A DNA stretch of 64,000 bases from Eledone cirrhosa (lineage: Eukaryota). The translations under genes and the position numbers were made by a program. This document shows, piece by piece, positions 23,214-37,980 of the stretch (positions are counted from its first letter, which is position 1; each line of letters starts with the position of its first letter). Where the stretch lies: NCBI GenBank assembly GCA_964016885.1, contig OZ024743.1, forward strand, positions 224,936,001 to 225,000,000, read 5' to 3'. Under the pieces are notes generated by a model. It did no database searches, had not been told where the DNA came from, and saw only the letters and a list, made by a program, of their open reading frames with translations.

Positions 23214-24821
23214 TGTTCAGCTTCGAAATAGCCACTGCAACCTCCACAAGCGTCGGAGGTTCTGCGAGAGCTACTTTCACAGAACTTTCTGGAATGAGAT
23301 TGAGGAAATCTTCACTGACGACAGACGGCTGATTCAAAAGACCATCAAAGTGCTCTCGCCACCTTCGTAGAATTCCTTGTGAGTCACGAAGAAGTTCTTT
23401 GCCATCCTTGCTGCGAAGCGGTGTCACCAGAGAAGAAGACGGTCCATAAACCTCACGCAAGAGACTGTACAACAGCTTTGTGTTATTGGAATCAGACGCA
23501 GTTTGTATCTCACCAGCCTTCTCACTCCACCAGTGATCCTTCATCTGAGAAAGACTCCGCCTAACACGTGATTTTACATCGTTGTGTTCCTCATGCAATG
23601 TATTCCTCTCCTGTGGTTTTGCCGTCAAGTAGCGTGACAGAGCACGCCTCTTATCAGCCAACAAGTCTTCTATATGTACATCATTCTCATTAAACCAGTC
23701 CTGATGTTTCCTCTGCGCCAATCCCAGAACACGCCTGCCTACATCATAAACCGACTTTTTAAGGGTCGGCCAATCCTCACCAAGATGTGCAGCCTGCATC
23801 TCTTCTTCCAATGTCCTCTTCACATTTTTATCCTTAAGACGAGCAGCATTCAATCTTTTGGGCAGGGCAACACCAGGAGCCCGGAATTTACGTTTAGTGA
23901 TTAGTTTCACTTTTGCACGTACCAGGCGGTGGTCCGTCCAGCACTCAGCTCCACGAAGAACACGAACACACTGCACATCCTGTCTGTCACGCATCCTGAC
24001 TAGGACGTAGTCCAAAAGATGCCATTCCTTAGATGCAGGATGCATCCATGTGGTCTTGAATTTGTTCTTTTGTTGGAACATGGTGCTGGTAACACACAGA
24101 TCCAGCTCCTCACACATCTGCAGCAGGAGCATACCATTGCTGTTACACTTTCCCACCCCATGCCTTCCGATTACATTCCATGTGTTAAAATCCCTACCCA
24201 CTCTAGCATTAAAGTCACCAAGCACGATGACTTTGTCTGCCTGAGGGATATTTCTTAAAACACCTTTCAAGGCATGGTAAAAGGACACCTTTTCTTCATC
24301 GACAGAACTTATAGTTGGAGCATACACACTCACCAGGGTAACATATCTTCCCTTGTCCAGCGGAACTCTCATGGACATAAGACGCTCACTAATCCCTACT
24401 GGGAATTCCTCTAATTTGTTCACAAGCACAGTCTTAACAGCAAATCCTACCCCAGCCTCCCTTCTGGTTCCTTCATCTCTTCCTTTCCAGAAGAATGTAT
24501 ATTCTCCACAAAATTCCATAAGATGACCATCTCCAGCTAGCCTCGTCTCAGATAAAGCCACGATGTCAAGATTGTAACGTCGAAGCTCCTTTGCAACAAG
24601 AGCGGTCCTTCGTTCAGGACGCCCCAAGGAATCCCTGTCAAGCAGCGTCCGTACGTTCCAGCAGCCAAGACTAAATGCCTTGTTTGGCTCTATTACAATG
24701 GCACGATGACGAGCGAGCCCAGGCTGTGATAACCTGGGGCCCCTGCCCTTATTGCCAATGATCTTTTTTGTTCCAGAACCTAAATTGCCAATTATCTCTT
24801 TTATATTGTTCTGGAACATCA
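23194..24821 (-). CDS. RTE-BovB AP endonuclease (frameshifted from the RT near 23210)
   Basis: GCWNVRTLLD..RPERRTALVA, ALSETR, GDFNARVG, LLDYVLV, WTDHRLV. Confidence 0.92.
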
Positions 24822-24860
24822 TTGAATTGGAAAAAAAAAAAAAAAGTAATAATAATAGTA

Positions 24861-27800
24861 ATAATAATAATAATAATAATGATTTCATTTATTAGCCACA
24901 AGGGCCGACATGTAGGGGACAATACAAAGACAGGGACAGTGGGGGTTTACAATAAGGTCGAGTAAAAGTGCACAATGGCAAGACTAATTTAACAATGAAA
25001 ATATAAAAATATAAAATAAACTATGCATAAATATAACAAAATAAATTCCCCGATAGGGGGTGGACGACCCTGGGGTGATTCGGGTACCCCACCAATCATG
25101 AACCACCCTGCACTTCTAGGGCACCCAGGGAGAGCACCCCTCTCCTCAAGTTAGCCAGCCTATAGGCGCATGGTCAGAGTAGGCCCATTCACACGAGCCA
25201 TTCTCGCCACATTCACCCACTTTTTAGCAAATGTACTTGGGGGCAGCACTTCTCTCTCCACCCTCACCCTCCTTTCCAGGTGAAACTTGAAGAAGTTGAT
25301 GAGGGATTGGCCGAAGAGAAAAGTGTCTGTCTTTAGTCCTTTCAACCTGGTCCACCATATAATCTCTTTCGCAACTGCCACCAGACAGAGGAAAATGTCC
25401 TGCTCTTCCTGACCTAAGGAAGGTGGCGGCTCGATCTTCACTATGGACTCGGCCGATAGCCGGATTCTTTCCACACGCAACAGTAGCTGTTTGACATAAC
25501 TCCACAAGTCAGTAATGCACGGACATTGGACAAGTGCGTGCAGAACGGTTTTGTCGTTCTGTGCGCATCTTGGGCAGGTCCGTCTGACAGCACTTCCGTG
25601 CCTGTAGAGTTTATCCCAAACCAGCAGTGCCCCCCCGGTAGCACTGCCAAGCGAGGAATTTCTGGAAATTGTCCATCGTCCCCGGCACAAAAGTCCTCCG
25701 GTACAGACTGGTCAGTTCGACTTCATCGAGGCCTAAAGCTTCTCCGAGTGCGTCATCGCACTTGCCCACCACTAATCCTCTATAGAACTCGAGAGTGGAG
25801 TTCCACTGATCGCATTGCCCGCTTGGTAGAGGGCAGTGAGTGCCTGGCAACATTCCAGGTGCCAGTCACCCAGTCTCGGTCTCTTCTTGACCCAGGACTG
25901 CAGCTCAGTCAAAGAAATGAGCTGCGGAAAGGCCCGTCTGATAAACAGCGACCACACCTGTTCACCATTGAGGCAGAATATCTGAAGATGTCGCAGCCTC
26001 AACGCATGTCTGCACATCATTAGCCACGGCATGCCCAGCCATCCGCGTAGAGGGTGCTGGAAGCAGATGGACCGCCTCACCAACGGAACTTGTCTCCTCC
26101 ACAAGAATTTGAAGAGGAGCCGTTCCAACTTGACGAGGCGCGGACGGGGGCAAGGCACGACGGTTAGGCGGTAGTAGATGACGGACGCGATGTACGCATT
26201 CGCCACCTCCACGCGACCTTTCAGTGATAGCTTCCTCCCAGCCCATTTTTGGGTGAGACTGGTTACTCTGCTCGTTACCTCGTCCCAATTCTTTTCCACC
26301 TGGAGGTCTGGTCCAAACCAAACCCCGAGCAACTTTACCGGTCCGTCCATCCAGCACCCCACGACGCTGTTGGACGGCATGGGCTTGCCTCTCCAGGTTC
26401 CGAGCTGCAAGCCCACCGACTTTTCCGGGTTAAGTTTGGCTCCTGTCAACCTTTCATATTCCTTCAGTAAGGTGCCGACCACCTCGATATCTGAGGTGTT
26501 CGACACCATCACGGTGATGTCGTCCGCATAAGCCGACACCGCTTTTCCACGTCCCGGTTCGAGCGGGATGCCCTGCAACAGCTCCAGCTTCCGCAGTAAA
26601 GGCTCGAGAGTCAATACGTACAGAAGGGAAGAGAGAGGGCACCCTTGACGAACCGATCGGGAGAGCTGAAATGGTTCCGAGAGGTGGCCATTAACCTTGA
26701 CCACCGAGCATGTGCCGCTGTGCATTGCAACGATCCAGCTTCTAAAGACAGGGCCGAAGCCAGGTGCTTTGAGGACAAACTCCAGATACCGATGGTCGAC
26801 CCTATCGAATGCTTTCGATTGATCTAAATTGATCAGTGCCCCACCAAAGCCAGGTTTACACCCTACCCTCTCTATGATGTATCGCATGAGGTGGAGATTG
26901 TCGTGTATGCGCCTCCCCAACCAAATCCTCGACGACAAGCGCCAATCTCTTTGCTAACACCTTGGCCAAAATCTTAAACTCTGTGTTGAGCAGAGTTATG
27001 GGCCTGAAGTTGTCTAATGTATCCCTCTTGTTCTCGTCTTTCCTTATCAGCGTCACCACTCCCCTGCTCACAGAACTGGGAATACTCCCATTCTGCTGCC
27101 AGTTGCAGTAGAGTGCTTCGAGGAGTTCGGAGAACAAGTCTGGCATATTTACGTAAAGCTCGTAGGGCAGACCATCCAAACCGGGTGACTTGCGCCTCAT
27201 GCAGTCGACAAGGGCGTCCTGAATTTCGGCTGAAGTAATCGGCCTTTCGCAGCACTCAGCGTCGACCGTCGAGATGCGCGGCAAGCCGTCAAGGTAGGGA
27301 CTGAAACCCGCTACTCTCTCTGACTCGCCACTCTCCCTGAACAACCGAGCAAAGTGCTGGCGAAAGGCCTCACACATCCGCTTGGAATCGCTTATCTTGT
27401 GTCCGTCTCGGTCCGCCAAAGACCGAATTGTGGTTTTATTACCATGCTGCGCCTCCGCCACGCGGGCCCATCGAACAGCTTTAGTTCCCTCGTTTCTCAG
27501 CGCACGCGCCTTAGCTCTGACAATGCAACCTTCGTGTTTGGCGTTGAAGAAATGGTCTAATGCCATTCTCGCCGCTAGCACGTCAGTTGCGATACCACTA
27601 CAAATAGCCTCGTCTAACTTATCTACCAGCTCCCCCTCCTTTCTATTTTTCTCTAACGCTAGTTCTTTGCTGAACTCTATCGAAGTTACTCTAATCTCTC
27701 TTTTGAGAGCCCCCCACCATCTGTTGTTGATGATCCCCCCTGTCAACTTTTGCTTAACTAAATTGTTGACTCGGTCCCTGTAAGCCTTACGTGCCGGAAA

Positions 27801-28671
27801 TGACATGTTCAGCTTCCAGTAACCCAGTCCCAACCTACGCGTTTTATCTAGGTCGACCATACAGATCACAAATTTGTGATCTGAATAGGCGACCGTTTTA
27901 AAAAGTGGACAGCCCACACTATTTCTATCTATTTTCCTAATGAAGATCCTGTCTATATATGATCTAGATGACCCCATTCGGTTGGTCCATGTCCATACTG
28001 GCACATTGGGGAAATCTAGTCGATACCTGTCAGACAGTTGGAACTGGCTGAGTAGGTGCTTGAGGCTTTTGCACCCCCCCTCCCCCCGCGCTCCTATCGG
28101 CTACTCCCACACAATCCCAGCGTGCGTCTAAGATGCCATTCCAGTCCCCCGCTAACAGTAAAGGGCGAGACGTACCCAGAAAGGTCTCCAGGTGCCTAAA
28201 GAAGTCAGGTCGTCCGGCCCCTGTAGGGGCGTAGACGGCCAGCATTCTAAAGGCACCACCTTCGCTACTGCTCACATCTAAGACCACCAACTTACTGTCT
28301 GGGTACCGGAAGATCGACCTTACCTCGAGATCCAGTCCTTTCCTAAACAGCACTGCCACCCACCCCCCATTCCTGGCCTGCTAACAGATGCGAAGATCTG
28401 ATAGTCGTTGAAAATGGGGGCTAGTGCGCGCGTGTCGGAAATTCTGGTCTCGCTTACGGCAATCACATCCATTTCCAGCGACCGGAGGTCGTTGAGCAGG
28501 CGACCCTGCTTCCAAGGTTACCCCAGGCGGCGAACATTTAAACTTCCTACTCTTAATATGGCCATATTGGTAAGCTAAGAGAGAGAGAGGGAAGGTTTAC
28601 TTACCTCCCGGGTCTTGTGAAGGTCGGGTGGTTCGACCTCCATGGTTGGTGGGGTTTCTTTTGGGAACCCC
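24861..28671 (-). mobile_element. L1/Tx1-clade LINE, 5'-truncated just upstream of ORF2
   Basis: ORF2 homology; AATAAA followed by an (ATT)n tail; 11-bp candidate TSD taataatagta at 24850-24860 and 28672-28682. Confidence 0.88.
25160..28565 (-). pseudogene. Tx1 ORF2 (APE-RT-CCHC) broken by several frameshifts and stops
   Basis: GSLNVR, VYAP, GDWN, SYIDRIF, SDH, GYWKLN, SPGLDGLPYE, RPITLLN, DQSKAFDRV, RQGCPLS, YADD, CPRC..HALVQC. Confidence 0.9.
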
Positions 28672-29214
28672 TAATAATAGTACACTATTAATAATTATTA
28701 ATGCACTCGTGCAATGCCTGTGCGTGACGAATATTTTTAAAATGAGGAAAGACTGTGCACTGAGCCAATCCCACTCTCTGAGCGACAGTAGCTATAACCC
28801 GAAAAGAAGAAAAGATCAACATCATCGGTAACTACTGAGCCGCAGGTTTTATGTCGGAGTTAACCCAGTTTCCTGAGATGCCTTCTCCTAGAAGAATGCC
28901 CTGACAAGGGCTAGGGGTTCTTCACTCCCAGTGGTTTAACTGCGCGATCAGGCATCCAGCCCGATTATTTCTATGTCCCCGCGCAAAAAAAAAAAAAAAA
29001 AAAAAAAAAAATCACTTATTGACACTTATATGTACGACATACACACACATACAAACACACACACGCTACTCTACTCACTTACACACATATATATATATAT
29101 TACCATCATTACTGATACAAGATTACAAGATTATGTCAACTGTTGACTTTCAAGAGTTTGTATAGTTGAAGCCGATCGTACTACAGTCCAGTATTATTAT
29201 AATTGCTTTACAGC

Positions 29215-29355
29215 ATAGAGTCACGGCCCTCCACGCTCTGAGCTCAAATCCCGCCGAGGTCAACCTTGCCTTTCATCCCCAAGGAGTCAACAAAAGAGAG
29301 TACCAGTGATGCGCTGGGCCAGTCGCTGGATCCGTGCCAAAAGCAGAAAAATTAT
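29215..29355 (+). mobile_element. Degenerate SINE of the 43822/54281 family
   Basis: ctcaaatcccgccgaggtcaaccttgcctttcatcc...agtaccagt matches the other copies. Confidence 0.6.
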
Positions 29356-29930
29356 TATTAAAGTTGTTTTCTTAAGGCCCGGTCGCTGGTAATGGTGATG
29401 GCGGCGGCGGTAGTGGTGGCAGTTGATGTTGTTGTTGTGTTGTGTGCGTGTGTGTGTGTTTTGTTATTTTGATTTTTTTTTTTTCCCCTTTTTCAAAAAA
29501 AAAAAAAATATTTTGATACTGCTGTTGTTGTTGTTGTAAATGTTCATTGCAGTTCATTCTGAAGCTGTTGTTGCTGTAAACACTAGTGCCGGTGTTGTTG
29601 TAGATGTTGGGGTTGAAATCTGGTCGTTTGACTGAGTGATGTATATACACACATATACATACATATGTATATATATATACACGTTCAACAGAGAGTAAAG
29701 AGTTTCACAACAGGTCGATGACTTTAGTCTAGATAGGGTAATGACATGTGATGGTGGGGGAGAGAGTGTAGACGTTATTGTGGTGGCGGGAGACAGTGCG
29801 AGGTATCTAGTTCATTTGACCGTTTTCTTCTCTTTCCAAAATTTGAATTTTAGCCATGTTCTATTGAGATGTAAGTAAATGAAAAATGTAAATTATAAAT
29901 AAGGAGAGCAGTATATATATATATATATAT

Positions 29931-30275
29931 GGAGGCACATGGCTTAGGGTTAGAGCATTGGCCTTGCAATCGAAAGGTTGTGAGTTCAATTCTCAGACCG
30001 GGTGATGTGTTGTTTCCTTGAGCAAGACACTTTATTTCACATTGCTCCAGTTTACTCAGCTGTAGAATTGAGATGATAGGGACCGGGGTCCCTATCATTC
30101 CACTGTAAAGTGGTCGTGGAGGTGCCACAGCAAAAAAGCACCCAGCACTCACTGTAAATGAGGTTGGTGTTAGGAAGGGCATCCAGCTGTAGAAATCAAG
30201 CCAGAATCAGTTCCCGTCCCACCCTTGCAAGCAGGGAAAAAGCGGACGTAAAATGAAATGAAATGATGATGATGA
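29931..30275 (+). mobile_element. tRNA-derived SINE with RTE family C tail
   Basis: Full-length paralog of 3454-3802, flanked by (TA)n. Confidence 0.88.
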
Positions 30276-30289
30276 TATATATATATATA

Positions 30290-30357
30290 ATAAGACCCGT
30301 CCCACCCTTGCAAGCAGGGAAAAGCGAACATAAAATGATGATGATGATGATGATGAT
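30290..30357 (+). mobile_element. Very short RTE family C 3' end
   Basis: Matches 186-246. Confidence 0.75.
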
Positions 30358-30371
30358 ATATATATATATGC

Positions 30372-30725
30372 AAATTAGGCTGCTCAGCCGTTAATTTTCA
30401 TAAGGAAAGTATATACTTTCGAAGGTTCAACCATCTGGCAGAAGGGTATACGGTGCTGACGATAGCTAACAAGCTTGAAACTAGTACATCGTTCCTGTGT
30501 CAGTGTTGAACAAAAAGGTGACGTGGTTGCCTTAACATCGTACGGCATAAATCAGGCTGTCCGTTTGTTTACAAACGAACAAAGCGAATGTTATAATAAA
30601 TATACGCTAAACTGATACGTACATATATATATGTGTGCCTGTATGTATATATATATATATATATATATACATGCTACTGTGCGTCTGTATACATATATGT
30701 ATGTACGTATACATACATACTTACA
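30372..30725 (+). mobile_element. Hammerhead-family element H5
   Basis: Paralog of 20172-20523; contains the hammerhead at 30451. Confidence 0.7.
30451..30491 (+). ncRNA. Minimal type I hammerhead
   Basis: cggtg-CTGACGA-t-agct-aaca-agct-t-GAAA-ctag-TA-catcg; palindromic stem III (actagt). Confidence 0.78.
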
Positions 30726-30742
30726 TATATATACATACTTAC

Positions 30743-30813
<71 letters not shown>

Positions 30814-30867
30814 CATATATACACATATATATATATACATATACATATATATATATACATATATACA

Positions 30868-31162
30868 ATATTTACGGATCGAGAGATATAAAAAAAGGGT
30901 GGGATAGGTGATACATATAGTTATTTGCCAAGTAGCGTATGCCAAAGGTGCTCGATACTAGTGCCGGCAGTATTAAATATTCGAAGTGTTAATATTTAGT
31001 GGGCTAGAGAGTTAGCAGAGCGTAAGCACGTGGGAAAGTAAGAAATCGGAGAATAGACCGTTAAAACATGTTTATTTAAAACAGGACCTACGTACGTTTC
31101 GCCCAGTTGGGCTTCTCAAGGGCATAAATAAGCAAAAGTGTTTCTTACATTGCTCGGAAAGA
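30868..31162 (-). mobile_element. Solo pLTR of PLE-1
   Basis: Matches 4533-4768 and the inverse of 7047-7152; flanked by (TA)n. Confidence 0.85.
31072..31131 (-). ncRNA. Minimal hammerhead, U3-A8 variant
   Basis: Core identical to 7059-7089. Confidence 0.65.
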
Positions 31163-32146
<984 letters not shown>

Positions 32147-32578
32147 ATGAAAAATTGAACAGGGACAGAACAGAGAGGCAATACAATTAATGTTTATTAA
32201 ATTCACGCTCAGGAGAGTGGGGGATGGGTGGGGGACGACGTTTCGGGCATAAGCCCTTCTTCAGGTGAGAAGTGTGTGGGAACAGAGTTCAAAAGGTGTG
32301 TAGGGGAGTGGTGGAGAGACATATAGCGAAAGGAAACGGTGCGAATGAAAAATTAACAAATAAAGACAAAAAATATAATAAATAAAAATAAAGCATGATC
32401 AAAATACAAGGAATGAGAAAATTTAAAAATAAAGGCATGATCAAAATAAACTGAAATTAAAAGTGGGGTAAACAGGTGGTGGAAGGGTGTGGGGTGAGTA
32501 GGGGTCGTGGCGGGTGGAGTGGGGAGAGGGAGACGGGGTGTCCGAGCGGGGAGGGCTAAAGGTGGTGTGTGTGGTTAG

Positions 32579-32617
<39 letters not shown>

Positions 32618-33030
32618 TGAGGGTTGGGGGAAGAACGGGGTTGCATGTTCAGGAAGGTGTGTGTGGGGGTGTTTTGGGGGGTTGGAGTGTCTGTGCGTGT
32701 GTGGATAGGGGGGTGGGGGGAGAGGAATCAGGAGGCTGAGGGTGTAAATATGTGGTGGGAAGCACGTGTGTGTGGTTTAAGCGTGTTGTGGGTGTGGGTG
32801 GCGTGTGGATAAAAAAATTTTTTGGGGTGTGTGTGTGTGTGGGTGAGTTATATAGGTGATGGTGTAAGAGGATGGTTGAAAAGTTGGTAAGTTCCACGGA
32901 TGTTTGGAGATTTGGTTAGAAGTCAATTTCGCGTGTGGGTAATCCAAGAAGCGGTGGTCGGAAGAGGAGAGATGTGGGGTGCGCGCGCAACAGGAAGTGG
33001 TCAGCAGTGGGAGTGCTGTGGTCAGTTGTG
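32147..33030 (-). mobile_element. Penelope-like 3' end (GIY-YIG C-terminal remnant and pLTR)
   Basis: [13 protein letters not shown] resembles PLE GIY-YIG tails. Hammerhead-like core at 32234-32264: CTGAAGA-agggcttatgccc-GAAA-cgtcg-TC, with stem I not evident. Confidence 0.55.
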
Positions 33031-33172
33031 TATATATACATATATATACATATATATATACATATATATACATATATATATATACATATATATATATACA
33101 TATATACATATATATATATATACATATATACATATATATATACATATATATATACATATATAGACATATATA

Positions 33173-36100
33173 CATCATCATCATCATCATCAACGTTTAA
33201 CGTCCGTGTTCCACGCTTGCATGGGTTTGGACGGGGGTAGTCCCACTTGAGGCAAGAGTGATTGTCTTGCTCGCATAGGACTGTCTGGCAGGTTTTCTAC
33301 AGTTGGATGCCCTTCCTAACACCAACCACATTTACAGTGTGGGTCTGGGAGGTTTTTACCGTGTTGCCTACACGGCCACATTACAGCGTGGACTGTGTGT
33401 TTTTTTGTCGTGACACCTACACAATCTCATTTGTTTCGGCCTGGATGGCGCGGCACCAACATAACTTTACATAGAACGGGGTGGTGTGGATGGGGTGGGG
33501 GTGGTGGTGGTGGGACGGGGTGTATTTTGTTAGAGATGCCTACTGGCTGGAGTAGGTTTTACTATATATTTAGGTAAGGCGGGTCTTCTCTGTTACTGAG
33601 TACCGCCAAAGGTCTCGGTCCAGTGACATTATCTTGGAGAGGTGTAAGTGTGTCAGGTCGGAGTTTATCAGCTCGTCCCAGGTTTTTCTAGGTCTGCCTA
33701 TTCCGTGGCTACCGTCTATCTTTATTGCCCTGCACTTTGTTATACAGCTATCGACTTTCATGCGCATCACGTGTCCATACCAACGTAGCCTTCTCTCGAG
33801 TAAACAACATCTGATCCCTCTTATCTCTAATTTTTTCCTTAGTTCGTTTATGCTTTGCCATTCACGTATATTACTGTTACACATCCAGCGGAGCATGCAA
33901 GCTTCGTTCCTCTCTAGTCTGCGTATATCCTCTGCACACAATGCCCAGGTCTCACTGCCATGCAACATTGCTGTTCGTATGCAGGCATCGTACAACCTGC
34001 CTTTCATTTTTAGGGAGAACCCTTTAGCAGCTAAAAGTGGTATAAGCTCTCTGAACTTTTTCCAACCAGTTCTGACTCTAGCTACTGTACTTTCAGAGCA
34101 CCCTCCCCCACTGCTGATTTTATCGCCCAGGTAACGGAAGCTGTCCACTATTTCTATAGAGCCCTCTGCACAGTTGAAAGAGCTAGTATTTTGTGGGCAC
34201 TTGCTGCTACTTATTGCACCAGAACACCGGCCACATGTAAAATCTATGTTCTTAGTTAGATTACCTGTGATCCCACTACATCTTTTATGCACCCATACTT
34301 TGCATTTAGGACATAAAATGGAGTTTCTACCTACGCCTTTCCTACACACCGAGCACGACCATTTCCCAGAAGGGATCGCCGCCTTGTTTTCTTTCCTACA
34401 AACTAGAACTTTGGTCTTAGCCAGGTTAATTTTAAGTCCTTTTGACTCTAGGCCGTACTTCCATGTTTGGAATTTCTTCTCTAGCTCGGCCATTGATTCC
34501 GCTATGAGTGTCAGGTCGTCTGCGTATAGGAGTTCCCATGGGCAGCTGGTCTTGAACTCCTCTGTTATAGCCTGAAGGGCAATAATAAATAGTAGGGGGC
34601 TGAGAACAGAGCCCTGATGGACGCCAACTTTTACGCTAAACTCTTCACTATATTCGTTGTTAATTCTAACCTTGCTGACTGTTTCTTTATACATGGCTTG
34701 TATAGCCCTCACAAGCCATTCGTCAACACCTAGTTTTCTAAGAGCCCACCAGATAATGGAGCGGGGGACTCTGTCGAAGGCTTTCTCCAAGTCGACAAAA
34801 GCTAAGTAGAGGGGTTTACCTTTAGCTAGGTACTTCTCCTGTAGTTGTCGTACTATGAAAAGAGCGTCTGTGGTACTTTTGCCTGACACAAACCCGAACT
34901 GCATTTCATCTAGGTCAATTCTCTCTCTGATTAGTTGCGCTATTACTTTTTCCGTGACCTTCATGACCTGGTCGATTAATTTAATGCCTCTATAGTTATT
35001 CCTATCTAGGGCGTCTCATTTACCCTTATAACAGTTAACGATGATGCTGCTATGCCAGTCCTTCGGAACAACCCCATTCTGTATGACTTGGTTAACTATG
35101 CGATTGACCATGGTGTGTCCCACCGTGCCAGATGCCTTCAGCATCTCAGCAACTATTTCCGAAGGCCCAGCCGCCTTACCCGTCTTCATATCCTTGATTG
35201 CCTTACTTATTATACTCCCCTCGACTAACACTGCTGGTCCCTCTATTGGGTCGATATGGGGGAGACTGTCTTTCTCCCATTTATTCTCCTCATTTAGTAG
35301 CCTTTCATAGTGACACTTCCAAACTACCTTCTTATCAGCGTCGGTGATGGCAAGTGTGACATCATCGTTTAGTACACACTTCTCCCCGACAATATCACGG
35401 TTTTCCTTGACGCATTGCCTAGCAATCCTGAACACCTCACGTTTTTGGTCCTCGCGTTGTAGAACATGCTTGAACTTTCTTTCCTCTGCTTCCCTTCTTG
35501 CTAAGTACACTTGTCTCCTAGCTTCCCTCCTGGCCACTTGATAGTCTTCTCTACTTCCCCCATCCCGCCATACTTTCCAAGCCTGCTTTTTGGCCTTAAT
35601 TGACCCCTCCACTTTACTGTTCCACCACCATGTTACTCTCCTCCTGCCTACAGGCCTGCTCCAGCCACAGACTTCGTCTGTCGCCATCAGCAGGTTTGCT
35701 TTCAGAAATTCCCACTGTCCCTCTATATTGTCCGACTGTAAATGTTCTTCCTTACTGTCGAAAGCATCAAGTAATATGCTTGGAAATTTATTTCTGGCTG
35801 TGGGGTCCTTTAGCTCCCATATTTTTCTTGAGGATAGTCCTCTTCTGCTGTCGAGTACATCTCGTCCTGACTATGAGGTCGCTAATTATCAGTCTTTGTT
35901 GGGAGGTGCATTCTTCATGGGGGAGGGATTTAGTGTTTACGACAGACACTCTGTCACGTCTTCTGGTAATGATATAATCTACCTGGCTTGTGTGTTCCCC
36001 GGATCTATAGGTGATCAGGTGATTGTCACGTTTTTTGAAGTTAGTGTTACAGATAGTTAGGTTATTTGCATCACAGAATTCCAGGATTCTGGAGCCTTCC

Positions 36101-36326
36101 TCATTTCTAGTACCAAACCCATAGCCTCCATGGATTTCGTCGTAGCCGTCACAATGTTGTCCAACGTGACCATTTAGGTCGCCTGCAATAATTATATAGT
36201 CACTGTCGGATATTTGGGAGGTAGTTAGCATCAGTGTCTCATAGAATCTGTCTTTTATAGTGCCGGGCAGTCCGGATTGGGGTGCGTACGCAGATATTAC
36301 TGTCACCATAGTTCTATTGAGGACAA
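33173..36326 (-). mobile_element. RTE LINE family B, 5'-truncated in APE, with a stop and a frameshift
   Basis: ORF pieces 33570-34964, 35016-35687 and ~35788-36326; (CAT)n tail. Confidence 0.93.
33570..34964 (-). CDS. RTE family B RT (partial)
   Basis: QFGF, DLEKAFD, QGSVLSP, YADD, PHD-like finger. Confidence 0.88.
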   Translation of the reverse strand: MKVTEKVIAQLIRERIDLDEMQFGFVSGKSTTDALFIVRQLQEKYLAKGKPLYLAFVDLEKAFDRVPRSIIWWALRKLGVDEWLVRAIQAMYKETVSKVRINNEYSEEFSVKVGVHQGSVLSPLLFIIALQAITEEFKTSCPWELLYADDLTLIAESMAELEKKFQTWKYGLESKGLKINLAKTKVLVCRKENKAAIPSGKWSCSVCRKGVGRNSILCPKCKVWVHKRCSGITGNLTKNIDFTCGRCSGAISSSKCPQNTSSFNCAEGSIEIVDSFRYLGDKISSGGGCSESTVARVRTGWKKFRELIPLLAAKGFSLKMKGRLYDACIRTAMLHGSETWALCAEDIRRLERNEACMLRWMCNSNIREWQSINELRKKLEIRGIRCCLLERRLRWYGHVMRMKVDSCITKCRAIKIDGSHGIGRPRKTWDELINSDLTHLHLSKIMSLDRDLWRYSVTEKTRLT

Positions 36327-36357
<31 letters not shown>

Positions 36358-37015
36358 TACATATATATATACATATATATATACATATACATATATATAC
36401 ATATATATATACATATATATATATACATATATATACATATACATATATATACATATATATATACATATATATATATACATATACATATATATACATATAT
36501 ATATACATATATATATATACATATATATATACATATACATACATATATATATACATATATATATACATATAATATATATACATATATATATACATATATA
36601 TATACATACATATATATATACATATATATATACATATACATATATATACATATATATATACATATATATATACATATACATATATATACATATATATATA
36701 CATATACACGCATATACATATATATATACATATATATATACATATACACGCATATACATATATATATACATATATATATACATATACATATATATACATA
36801 TATATATACATATATATATACATATACATATATATACATATATATATACATATATATATACATATACATATATATACATATATATATACATATATATATA
36901 CATATATATACATATACATATATATACATATATATATACATATATATATATACATATATATATATATACATATACATATATATACATATATATATATATA
37001 CATATATATATACAT

Positions 37016-37046
<31 letters not shown>

Positions 37047-37101
37047 TACATATATATACATATACATATATATACATATATATATATATACATATATATA
37101 C

Positions 37102-37196
<95 letters not shown>

Positions 37197-37347
37197 CATA
37201 TATATATATACATATATATATATACATATATATATATATACATATATATATACATATATATATACATATATATATACATATATATATATATACATATATA
37301 TATACATATACATATATATACATATATATACCTATATATATATATAC

Positions 37348-37378
<31 letters not shown>

Positions 37379-37887
37379 CATATATATATATACATATATA
37401 TATATACATATATATATATATACATATATATATATACATATATATATATACATATATATATATACACATATATATATATACATATATATACATCTATATA
37501 TATATACATATATATATATACATATATATATATACATATATATACATCTATATATATATACATATATATATATACATATATATATATACATATATATACA
37601 TCTATATATATATACATATATATATATACATATATATACATCTATATATATATACATATATATATATACATATATATATATACATATATATATATATACA
37701 TATATATACATCTATATATATATACATATATATACATATATATACATCTATATACATATATATACATCTATATACATATATATACATCTATATACATATA
37801 TATACATCTATATACATATATATACATCTATATACATATATATACATCTATATATACATATATATACATATATATATATATATATAC

Positions 37888-37918
<31 letters not shown>

Positions 37919-37980
37919 CATATATATATACATATATATATATATACCTATATATATACATATATATATATATATACACA
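36327..37980. repeat. Interrupted (TA)n/(TATAC)n microsatellite
   Basis: Direct inspection. Confidence 0.98.

Larger units (their letters stand above)
20999..28984 (-). mobile_element. RTE-BovB-like LINE, near full-length, interrupted in its 5'UTR by a Tx1 element
   Basis: 3' terminus 20999-21040, microsatellite-filled 3'UTR, ORF 21294-24821, putative 5'UTR 28690-28984 containing ctaggagaagg. Confidence 0.8.

Noticed and set aside
29931-30000. tRNA gene
   Set aside because: The A/B boxes continue into a SINE body and RTE tail, so this is a SINE head.
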